Source: Octopus vulgaris (taxonomy: Eukaryota). From it: DNA of 64,000 nucleotides. Both the position numbers and the translations under genes were made by a program. The stretch is from NCBI GenBank assembly GCA_951406725.2, contig OX597830.1:46190001-46254000 (forward strand). Reading direction: 5' to 3'. The notes under the pieces are model-generated. The model did no database searches, was not told the origin of the DNA, and saw only the letters and a list, made by a program, of their open reading frames with translations. Within the stretch, counting starts at the first letter, position 1, and the number at the start of each line of letters is the position of its first letter. This document shows, one piece after another, positions 12,533 through 25,100 of the stretch.

Positions 12533-15500
12533 TATATATAAACCTAATATAAGGACTATCCTTATCTGAGTTAAATTATCAGTATAAATATCAATACTAA
12601 AGGCATATTAATGATATATTAATATAAATAAATGGCAAAATCATTCAGATGTATTATTCATCAATACAAATGAAATAATAGCAATCTACTTACATTAATC
12701 AAAAAGAAATTTACTTGCATGGCTACAGGCTAAAATTTTTTCAAAATGTCTGTTCAAAGGCGATTTGCAGGAAATAAATATTTGATATGATTGTTCAGTA
12801 CCCAACTCTCATCTTTTGTTTGCAATATTATAAGACTGAACATGGCTAATAATATTCCAGTCCAATTTAAAATCTATTTTTCTTATCCTTTAGCTACCAT
12901 ATGAATTTACTCAGACCAGTTAAGTTAATCTTTTTTCTATTAAGTGGTCAGAAAACTGAGTTTTGAATTTATTAGATATTGACCCAATGTATGTATACTC
13001 ATTAAATCCATCAATCTCACATTTATATACAATATTATCTTCATTATAAAGATTTTTAAGTTGGCATCTACCAAATCAATTACAGGATTCATTATTGTCA
13101 AGTTTTCTGTTATTTAAAGATGAAGTTATTCAAAATAAATTTTTGGTTAAGCAATGACCAATCCTGATATTGTTATTAATTATTTGCCTATATCTATTAT
13201 TCATGTTGAAGTGCTTATCAATTATTTATATATTTGTCTAATTAATCTTGTCTTCATATGCATAGCATAAGGGATTATACACCAAATATAATTAGGTCTA
13301 TTATTATTATTATTACTAGCACTAGTGCTAGTTTTGTACTAAATCCCTTTCTTTTTTTTCGGAAATTATGTTCGCCTTTCCATCACATATATTTTTTAAA
13401 ACGTTTGACTGAGCCTCTGCAGATTCTGAGCCCACCCAGAGGTGCAGCTGCACTGGGTAATTAATCATCGCAAATTTGGTGGCTTTGGTGAAGATGAAGG
13501 GAGAGCATGTTAGAAAATCGATAAAGACCACCATGAAAGCAAACCTTCACCAACAAAATGAAATGAATAATCAGGGCTGGCAAAGTTTTCAAATTTCCTA
13601 GCGAGCGGAAAAATGTGACTGGAAATTAATTAGCATCTCAATTTCCACTCGTATCTCAAAACACAAAAGCATGAAATTTCGCTTAAGAAAATCTTTGTAT
13701 CTTAGGTCATTCGTACCTCAAGTTGGGGCTAAAAGGAAAGGTTGCAGTCAATTTAAATGTGGAAACCCACAAGGAATAGTTTTATTGTGTTTCCACTGAT
13801 TGATTGGCAATTTTGGTAAATTTGAATCAAATTAAGATTTCTTGCACCAAAAGGATCACCCTGAAAACCCTATGCCCCTGCTGTGTAGGTAGCAAATGAT
13901 TCGATCTTAGGCTGAATGCAAACAAACGTTTTTTATTAAAATTCTTGGTGGGGGGTCAACTTACTCATTTTTCATTTTTAATCCTACTTGAATAAAACAT
14001 CCTGGGTTCTCTCGCTGGATAACTTAAATCAACAGAAAGCCTAAAAGTAAAGCCCTTCCTAAATAGATTCATTGAATAGGCTCCAACTCTTTTATAGCAC
14101 ACTTAAGGAATGATAGCATATCAAGTATATTTGGTCTTTCATGAAAATCCCGTTCTCTTGTCATTCACTTGGTCTGACTCGTTAATTATTCCCCGCATTT
14201 CTCAAATCAAAAAAGCTTGCACGTTTAAAAGCCAAAACACATGATAACACGTCTTCGCAAAACACAAAAATGCGCTGAAACAGACAGACTGTCTGCAAAT
14301 GCGCACGCACATTCAACTGTTGGGCATAAGCGGTCAGATTATCGATTTTTTTTTTAATGGCTTTCTGGGGTGAAATGAAAAAATCTTCATGACCACCCTC
14401 AGACAGTTTTGAAAGCCATAAACGACAGAAAGAAGGATGGTGTAAAGGGGGGGGGTGTAGTTTGCTGTTGATCGAAATACCTGGGTATTTTCAATGCAAG
14501 GAATATCAAAAGTTGTCAAAATCGTTTTCTTCAGTCGATATTTGATGACAAGAAAATTTTATTAGTTTTTTACTTCTGATACAACAATGTAAGCATTTAT
14601 GAATTTTCTTCTGAACAAGATGCTAGCTTATTTCAAAAAAACATTCAGGTTCCAATGTAAATTGAAGGAATGTAGAATTAAGTGTACTGACCAAACATGC
14701 AATAAAACATTTGCTCTACATTTAAAACCAATCAGTTTGCTATTCAATATGAGTTTCACTTCCCTCTTTCTAATCCCTGAAATAGGTCTACGAAAGTGAT
14801 GAATTCTACCAGATTGCTGATGAATTTGGTGTGATGATATGGCAGGACTTTATGTTTGCTGTAGCTCTCTACCCAGACACTCCACAATTTCTGGCATCTG
14901 TCAAAGATGAAGTTGTTTATCAGGTAACGCACACACAGTTTTTTTTTATTTTTCTTGTACTTTCTCTTCTTTCCTCTTGGGGTTTTACTTCATTTTTTTC
15001 ATTATCCTTTTATTTCTGGTTTTCTTTTCAGTTCTTTTTTTTTTTTCATTCTCTTCTTTCATTCTGTTGTTTATTCTCTTTCTACCGTTCTCTGCTTCTT
15101 CTATTCTGTCCTTCTGTTCTATCACTTGTCTCTTAGATTTTCTTTTAATTTATTTTTTTCTGCAGTTTTTGTATCTTTTTCATCTGTTTCTAAATTCTTT
15201 TATATTGTCATTTTTCTTCCTTCTTAAAATTTTTTTTTATGATCTTGTTTTTCTCTTTCTTGAAAACATCACCAATCATAACATTGCTTACTCTAGCTAC
15301 ATCAGTGTCAGGAAACAAAAAAAAAAAGAGAAAGAAAGGAAGAACCTTTATGTGGTGGTTTGGTCTACTAGAAATAGCAACCAAATGAAAGGATGATCAT
15401 ATTAGTAATGCCTTTGACCATAGGTCTTCTCTATGGCAATAGGACTGACCAAAGGCTAACAAAACAATATCAATACCAACTACAGAAGGAGCTTTTACAA

Positions 15501-16353
15501 GGCTGCTTGATCTGCTAGAAATAGTAGCCAAATCTCCCTTAAATCCCACACTACCATCTTGAAAAGAAGAAGGGCTCATTAGATAATGTATTCTCTTAAA
15601 AAAACTGGATAGTTTTAAATAACATTTTGTTTTGTCTGGGGTGGGTCATTCTCTTTTAGTGCCTTATAATTTGACACACTCACCAGTAAAGTTTCCACTC
15701 ATTTACTTATCTTTTCTAAAATTTTCGTTGGGTCTTGCAACCTTTTCAATAGTCATTGACTCTGTCCGTTATCCAATCTGCATTCTTTTTGTTTGCTTGT
15801 GTGCACATACACATGTACATATGTATGTATGCAAGTGTGTGTGTATGCATGCATGTGTGCATATGTATATATGTATATGTGTGTACGTTTGTATGTAATC
15901 TGCATATTCATGTGTTTGTGAGTTCGTGTTTTTGTGTATGTGTGCGTGTGTGTGTGCTCACGCCTCTGTCTCCTTGTGTGTGCATGTCTGAGTTTGTCTG
16001 TATGGGTTTTTGTGACTATTTAGTGTGTCTGTATGTATGGATGTGTGTCTCCATATTTGTCCTTGTGTGAAGTGTGTGTGTATATGGTCACCTGTTTCGG
16101 TCTTCATTTATGTATGTATATCTGTTAATATTCCCCTTGTACCTATCCGTCTTTATGTCTATCTGTTTACATTCATATCCATTTACCTACATGCATACAC
16201 ATATATGTATATATACACACATCTACATAACAGCCCAGTACTTATTCTATCGGTCTCTTTTTGCCGAACCGCTAAGTGATGGGGACATAAACACACCAGC
16301 ATCGGTTGTCAAGCAATGCTAGGGGGACAGACACAGACACACAAACATACAGG

Positions 16354-16413
<60 letters not shown>

Positions 16414-16991
16414 TACATATATACGACGGGCTTCTTTCAGTTTCCATCTACCAAATCCACTCACAAGGCTTTGGTCGGCCCAAGGCTATAGTAGAAGACA
16501 CTTGCCCAAGGTGCCACGCAGTGGGACTGAACCCGGAACCATGTGGTTGGTAGGCAAGCTACTTACCACACAGCCACTCCTGCGCCTGAAATATATAATT
16601 TCAATACATGTGTATATTTAAGGATAAACTACTAGGTGGATAACCATATGCTAGAAGATCACCTAGTGGTTTATCCCTAAATATACATATGTATTAAAAT
16701 TTTTTCTGATTTTTCAGATTTTTATATATGCTAGGCTACTGGTTTTAAATTAATATTAATTGAATTAATTTTCAATTTATCTCCCTCATGTGACCTCGTG
16801 TGTACCGTTGGCTATTTTTTTTTTCCTCTGTCTTCCCTTCTCGGGATCTTTCCTTCTCCTATGTTTCCGATGAAGAGCTCCGCTAGAAACGTTAAACCCT
16901 CCTTCTTCCCTTCTTTCCTGAGCGTCCAATAATACTATATTTGTTCCACGTCCTCGCGTTGTTGTTTTTTTTTGTGTTTTCTTGTTTGGAT

Positions 16992-17058
<67 letters not shown>

Positions 17059-20000
17059 CCATATTGATATGGCAGTCTTATAGATATAAGACTAAAAGCT
17101 GTCGCTGATTAGCTCCATGAGGCCATCGCCTTAAGATAGCTATTTGACACACAAACTGTGTCCATTATAACCTTCGAACAAGGGAGGTCAGCCGCTTCAC
17201 ACTGCCAGTCAGACAGCTACAGACGCGTTTCGGGGTATTTGCCCTTTGTCAATGTAGCGTAGTCGACCCAGCAGGTGTCACCACTGATCGTCTCTGTTCG
17301 AAGGTTTTATTTACCTAGTTTCGGTGGAATACTACGCTACATTGACAAAGGGCAAATACCCTGAAACGCGTCTGTAGCTGTCTGACTGGCAGTGTGAAGC
17401 GGCTGACCTCCCTTGTTCGAAGGTTATAATGGACACAGTTTGTGTGTCAAATAGCTATCTTAAGGCGATGGCCTCATGGAGCTAATCAGCGACAGCTTTT
17501 AGTCTTATATCTATAAGACTGCCATATTAATATGGCGATAACAATTAATTTCCAGTAACGCTGCTGTAATCTCTTTTAGAGAGACTTAGTAATTTTAATA
17601 TTTCTATTATATAATATATATATATATATAAAATAACATGTTGATCTAAAAAGATGGAGCCTTTAAACTTTGCTCATTCAGGGTTGACATGATGCTAAAT
17701 AATATTAACACTGTTCCTGCTGCTCTTATTTTTTCCCATTCTTTGTTTACTTTTCCTTTTTGCTTTGTTTATTACTTTTTGTTTATTTCCTTGGTAGGTT
17801 CGTCGTTTGATGCATCACCCATCTATTGTTATTTGGGCTGGAAACAATGAAAATGAAATTGCTCTGGTAAACGGATGGTCAGTTTGTTGATATTTAAGCT
17901 GTTCTTCACACACACTAATAATAATAATAATAATAATAATCCTCTCTAGGACAGGCACAAGGCCTGAAATTTAGGGAAGGGTGCAAGTCAATTACATCGA
18001 CCCCCCCCCCCCCTGGTACTTATTTCATCAGCCCCAGAAGGATGAAAGGCAAAGTCGACCTTGCCAGAATTTGAACTCAGAACATAATGGTAGACAAAAT
18101 ACTGCTAAGCATTTCACTCGTCATGCTAAAGACTCAGCCAGCTAGCTACCATTTTAATAATAATAACAGTTTCAAAAATTTTGATACAAGGGTAGCCATT
18201 TTAGGGGAGGGGGATGAGTTGGTTAAGAGGTGGGCTACTAACCCCAAGATTCCAAGTTCGATTCCAAGCAGTGACCTAAATAATAATAATAATAATAATA
18301 TCGAAAAATACCTTAGGAATGAGAACCCAGGTTTGAAATTTCCCCAAGACACCTGATGAAGGCTGGAAGGTATATCAGCTGCAACGTTGTGTTAACAACA
18401 AACAAGATATGGTCAAATGTCTGTCAAATGTAAATAATGTAACTTAGAAAGGTTGAAAGACAATCATAATAATAATCACCCCTGATATCATCCCCACTAC
18501 CACCATCTGTAAAGTTAATTTCATCAACATTACCCTCCTCATCACTACTGCTCTAACACAGCATCATGCCTTTCCCTGTGTCTTTTGTTCTCCTTCTTTC
18601 TCTCTCTTCTGCTCCTGTCATTTGGTTCTATTTGTTGGAAGATTGTCTCCTCACTGGAGTCCAGATCAACCCAGCTTCAATTGTTGATTTATACATTGTC
18701 TGTCTGGTATTTATTTTTTATGATTTGTCTGTCATCTGGATATTTATTCTAGTTGTTTATTGTACGGAATATTGCTTCCATTATTTATATTTGATTTATT
18801 ATACAATAGTTCTATAAATTGTTTTAGCCGTATTGCTTACATGGTATGAATGTAAGCAATGTGTCTGTAGAAATAGCATTCTTGTGAACAGAAAAACAGG
18901 CAACACATTTTTCAGTCCTTGATTGGGATTTTAAGAGCCATGAAATAAAAGATAGTTGGCACATCAGTAATTTATTTTTTATACAGAATTCTGTACAATA
19001 TATAGATACAGGGGACAATTGCAACACACTGCATCACACAACATAAAACACAGCTTGACAGAAAAACCTAAGTAAACAGCACACCTGTATTAAACTGAAT
19101 TCTTTCCCAAAAGAAGCAATTAATGATGGAAACAACACTCATAGCACAATAAACTCCCACAAATACATGAAATAATTTCATACTAATGCAGGAATCCTAA
19201 ACAAATATAAACTAATGCAATGGCTTATCCGAATATACCATGAAATAATTGCAGTGTATTTAAACTCAGGATAATGAGGTTGTCCAATTATCTTATCTAC
19301 AAAGGCCACATTTTTCTTTTTACTTTCCGGAGGGTGAGTTTTGTTTTTTAAAACAACCATTTCCTAAGTAGTTGTAGATAATGTATTTTGGATATTAGGA
19401 AAATGGTGGTGAGGGTGATGAGAAGGAGGAGGAGGAGGAGGAGGTAGAGGAAGTTGATGATTTGTTAGCTCTCAACCCTTTTTTTCACTTGCTTTTAGTA
19501 ATTGTATCTTTTTCTTTCTCTTTCCTCAGGTTCCCTCTCAGCTTAGAACATTACAAGAAATATCGGGAAGCCTACATCAAGCTATATGTAGACACAATTG
19601 GTACTAACGTCATGAAGGAAGATAACAGCCGTCCATTTGTGACATCAAGCCCTTCAAATGGGGTCAAAACGAAATCAGACGGAGGGATTTCGCCCAATCC
19701 TGCTTCTCAAAATTATGGCGACAGTAAATAACTTTCTAATTATTTTTTTTTATTTGATTTCATGCATCGAGTGAGACCATATTTGGCTGATTTGGTAAGT
19801 ACTGGATAATCAGCTAGAGGTGTGGAGTTCAATTCCTGTAATTCGCACTACATTTAACTCTCCAATGGACAAGTCCACCTTGCTGGAAAGAGGGACATAA
19901 AATTGGATCAAGTTATGAAAAATCAGTTTTTCATAGAAATAAAAACACTTTCATGTCACTGACTGGATGTGAACCCTTGACTGCTTTGTTACATTTAATG

Positions 20001-22059
20001 CTAATGTCTTTTTGTTTCTCCTACTTCAGTTCACTTCTATGATTATATAAGTAATCTCTGGCTGGATTCCAGTATCCCAATACCACGCTTTGCATCAGAA
20101 TATGGTATCCAGTCATGGTGTTCTTACTCTTCATTGGTGCCTTTGTTAAACCAATCAGCTCTGAAGTATTGGAGTAACTTTACCATTCACAGACAACATC
20201 ATTTAGCAGGTAAGAACCAGCAATATTCATCTTCTCAGTTTTGTAATTCTCAGTTTAGATGTTAATTTTCTTCTTACTGCAAAATGTATTCAGTTTAATT
20301 GTAGAATTTTGCCAGAAGATGGTAAAATGTCTAATATTTTGATAATCTTAACTCTCTCCTCTCCAATTGACTAAAATCTGACCTCTTCAATCCAGGCCTT
20401 ATGGATAAAGTGCAAATAGAACTAGGATCTAAGGAAACTGGTGATGGGCTGTATTAGCAAAACTGATTTGGCAAGGATTCCATATTTCAACAAATTTCTG
20501 TTTTGAAATGGTAAATTTAACCTGTCCCTCTAATATTTGCATTCATTTAATGGATTCTGCAGTTTCTAGCACTGAGACCAGGTCTCTGTTCTGAGTATTC
20601 CTTCATTCTTATTTCTCTCTAAGTTTGGAAGATCTGAGAAGGGCTATTAATGCTGCCCTTTGTTCTACCAGCCTTGGAGGCTTTGAAAAGAATTGTGGGT
20701 ATTGTCCTTTCACTGCTAAGCTTTAAGAGAAGCTAAAGAATCTTTGTTTCAACAAAAGGTTTTGTTAAACTCATCAGGATTCTTGTCTTCTTGTAACACA
20801 CAAAACTTCACTTTGATCTTGGTCAAAGGTTAAAATCTGAAAATTTTGCAAGTTAAATTTATGTAGACTAAGGTTATTTATTTCATGCATTTTCTAAGAA
20901 ATTTCATTTCCTGAAATATTATGGAAATGACAAACCAAACTTGCCTTGTCTTTGATGTCAATCTGTCAAAGGTGGTTGTTTCACAAGAATAATTCTGCTC
21001 AATACCCAACGTGTCGGTGGCACGTAAAAAGCACCATCCGAATCGTGGCCGAAGCCAGTGCCACCTCGACTGGCTTCCGTGCCGGTGGCACGTAAAATTC
21101 ACCAATCCGACCGTGGCTGATGCCAGCCTCGCCTGGCACCAGTGCAGGTGGCACGTAAAAAGCACCCACTACACTCACGGAGTGGTTGGCGTTAGGAAGG
21201 GCATCCAGCTGTAGAAACACTGCCAAATAAGACCGGAGCCTGGTGCAGCCTTCTGGCTTCCCAGATCCCCGGTCGAACTGTCCAACCCATACTAGCATGG
21301 AGAACGGACGTTAAACGATGATGATGTTATTATGAGCCAAATGTGAGAGCCTCCATAAGGTCACTCAAGATGTTAGCAATAGCAGCTAAATATCCTTAAA
21401 ATCACACCTTATTGTTTGAAAAGAGAATGGGCATGTTGTATGATGTTGTTTAGAAAAGTAAAAGGAAAATAAATATATTGATGGTCCATAGGTCTACTCA
21501 TTCAAGGCCAACCTGGCGTTAAACAACAACAACCTTGAGCCTACAAAAAAGCCTTCTCTACTTTGTCATTCAACTTGTTAAAAATAGCAACTAAATTCCC
21601 TTTCAATCACACCTTAGCATCTTGGAAAAGGGGAGTGGAGATATTGGATGTCCTCCAAGAACAGCCATAAAGACAGGGTGGATCAGAATTGATCTGGAAT
21701 GAAACAACAACAACAGCAGCAGCAGCAACAATGTCTTTACTACTAAAATCACCTACTTCCAGCAGTGAGTTGGAAGTAGGTCATTTTAGTGACCTGTTAA
21801 CAGCTTGGTGCCTGATTAGTCGAGAACTGTGTGCATTGTTCATGGACACAGTTCAATGCTTGTGACATATTCAGAATTATTGATCTCTCAGATAAAACAT
21901 CCAACTTGCTTAGCTGTGGCTCTTTGATATTGCCATTTTATTCTTTTACTCAATTTAGCAATTGTCATGTGTTCCACAGTTATGGGACACAAACAGGATA
22001 CCATTCCTTCTAAGCAGTATGGATGGATGAATAGGCAAACAGACAGTCAGATGGGGGGA

Positions 22060-22101
<42 letters not shown>

Positions 22102-25100
22102 CACACACACACAAGTATGTATGCACACATATGATAGGCTTCCACACAATTTCCAGCTACCCATTTCTCTCAGAAAGTTTTGGTTGGCCAAAAGCTATAA
22201 TAGTTGAAAACATTTACCAAAGATGCTAGACAGTGGAAGGAACCTAAGGCTATGTGGTTACTAATTGATCTTCTTAGCCACACCGCTACACCTGTGTCCT
22301 ATAGAAATAAAACTGCAAAGTTAGGTCTCCTCTTCTTCTTCTATTAGAATTCTTTTCACATCAAGGAGACATTGTAGGAATATTGGTCCCATAGCTGCAA
22401 AGTTATGTTTATACTTCATCACCATCTGTTTTCTATACTAGGATCCAATGAGTCACAAGATTGCATCAAGCTTCAATGTCTGTTTTGGTAAGGTCTCTGT
22501 AGCTGGATGCCTTTCCTAATGCCCAACCACTCAACAGTGTGTATTGAGTGCTTTGCACATGGCACCAACAGTGATGAGAAGTTGACAAGTAACTTACAAA
22601 ATAAGAGAGAAGTGAAAAGCTCCCTTCACTGAGTGGAGGAGTATTTGAGAGAGGAGGAGGAGGGAAGCAGCTTTGTGTTTTTAGATGTTGATAGGCTAAA
22701 GTGTGATAGAGGGACGAGAATAGATGTCTTGCAACTGGGGAGATCTATGGCTACCCCATATTATATAAGGGTGGATGGGAGTAGCCTGGAAGACGATTAA
22801 GATGTTGATGATGAGGTACCAGAGTAAAGTCTGAAGGTACAAGAAGGTAAGTTTAAAAGAGAATACAGAGAGTGGATCAGGGGTAAGGAGAGGTGCTTGG
22901 ATCCTTTCATGAGAGGGCGAGAAGAGAAATCAGGGATGGAGAGCTAAAAAGGGTGGAGGTGTGGTTGACATGGCTCAATAAGGAGGGATGACAAAGAAGA
23001 GGAAGGGAGCTGCAATATCATATATCTGTGGATAGATCAGAAAGTAGGGAGACGATTGAGTGGGAGTGGGGTGGAGATGTACAGCGACAGTGAGCAGAAC
23101 AGCAAAAGGTGGGGGTGGCATTGATGGCAAGTTTAAGAGGGTATTGAGAGTGAGAGCAGATATGAGAGGTGGAAACAATGAGATACGGCAGAGAAAGAGT
23201 GAGAGATAACTGAAAGTACAGAAGGGGAATTATTATTGAAAAATAGGGTGGGAGGGGGTGAGAATGAGGGATGGATGTTAATAGGAAGTGACTCCAGAGG
23301 GAGAAAAGGGTGACAGGTTATGGAAAAAGATGGGGATGAAATATGTTCTGATTCTACTCTTAAATGATTGCAGCAACAGAGTAGTGCCACAGTTAGGAGA
23401 ATGATGGGGGGATTAATGTTAGGAAGATGAGATGCAGGGAATACTTGACAAGGCAGAATGGATGCAGAGTTAGGGTCCAACATGTCTAAGCATAAACAAA
23501 ATACTCATAAGATCTCAATTTTGCCATGGGGGAGAGATCTTCTTGAGCACAGAAAATTGCCTTCTATTATAATTCCATTCACATCTAGAATACATTCACC
23601 CAATATGTAACTGGTATCTTATTTTAACAACTCCAGGAGGAGGAAAGGTTACTCTAACCTTGGTGGATTTGAATTCAGAATGTGAACCGTTATAGTATTT
23701 TGCAAGGGATTTTGTCCAGTGCCCTGAGGATGATTCTATCAATTCACCATCTTTTCCATAAAATGAAATAAAACTTTCTTTTATATCCCTTTGCTTTCTT
23801 TATATTCTCTTTTTTTTTCCCCAGGGCAATTGGAAATGGAAGCAGAAATTTTGCAACACTTTGACCTTCCACCTTCTTCAAAGAAATTCAAGCATAAAAC
23901 CTTTCAGGATATTATATACCTTACACAGGTATAATTGTTTCTTTTTTTTTTTTTTTTAAACTTAACACCTTACTTTCAAATAACCATCATCATTGTCGTC
24001 GTCATTTATCTTCCATTTTCCATGCTGGCATGGGTTGGATGGTTTGACAGGAGCTGGCAAGGCTGGAGAGCCATGCCCGGTTCCATTGTTTGTTTTGGAA
24101 TGGTTTCTATTGCTGGATGCCTTTCCTAATGCCAACCACTTCAGTGTGTTCTGGCTGCATTTTATGTGGCACCAGGGCTTTTTACATGGAACCATCACCA
24201 AATGGGGTCACCAAGTACCTTGCAAGACAAAGAAATATTATGGAAAACTTATTTATTACACAGAGATGCCATTTTCCAAAAATAAACAATAATTAAGTTA
24301 GTGTTTATATATTAATGAAGTAAACATTAAAAAAATTAACTAGAAATGGTTACGTAGTATTAGCAATATTATTTTATCAACATATTTTGGCAATCATGGG
24401 AGACAACTCTGAACATGTTTTATTGTTATGATATCATCAGTGGAACATAAACTTCACAATGCTTGCCAAATTAGTGATGGGAGAATCACAAAGTAAACCA
24501 TTGAGGTTGGCAGAGAAAACTGGTATCATTTAGAGAATAATGTGCTTATTTGTACGCCCTTAATAAAGTTTCACATATTACAGTCTCATTATTTACATTT
24601 GACAGAAATTTGTTATCTTGTTTGTTGTTAACACATCTCGGCTGATATACCCTCCAGCCTTCATCAGGTGTCTCATTCCTAAGGTATTTTTCGATGCTAT
24701 TATTATTATTCAGATTACTGCCTGGAATCGAACTTGGAATCTTGGGGATAGTAGCCTGTGCTCTTAACCACTACGCCATATGTCCATGGGCAATTATGGA
24801 GTGAATTTTAGGGCTTATAAATCTAATATTCGCCTATCCTTCCTCAATACCGGTTCCCATATGCTATTCATATCTGCACTCAGTCTGCTTAGGAGGTTGT
24901 TGTGTCCTAGCATATGTGCTGCTCCTTTTAGTTTTCGTATTTTCCAGTGATGAAGGCTGGAGGGTATATCAGCCAAAACGTGCTAACAACAAACAAGATG
25001 AGGACTAATATCCATCAAATGTAAATAATGTACATAATTCCTCATCTCTTAAATATAGAACTGTATTACAGTCCCATTTAAACAAGACATTTACCTTCTG

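Larger units (their letters stand above)
17054..17540. repeat. Near-perfect foldback, 210-bp arms and 67-bp spacer (inverted PLE pLTR pair)
   Basis: 17054-17263 is the reverse complement of 17331-17540, with two mismatches seen. Confidence 0.95.

Noticed and set aside
24716-24786. Functional tRNA gene
   Set aside because: A and B boxes are present but there is no convincing cloverleaf, and it is embedded in a repeat. SINE heads elsewhere were rejected for the same reason.
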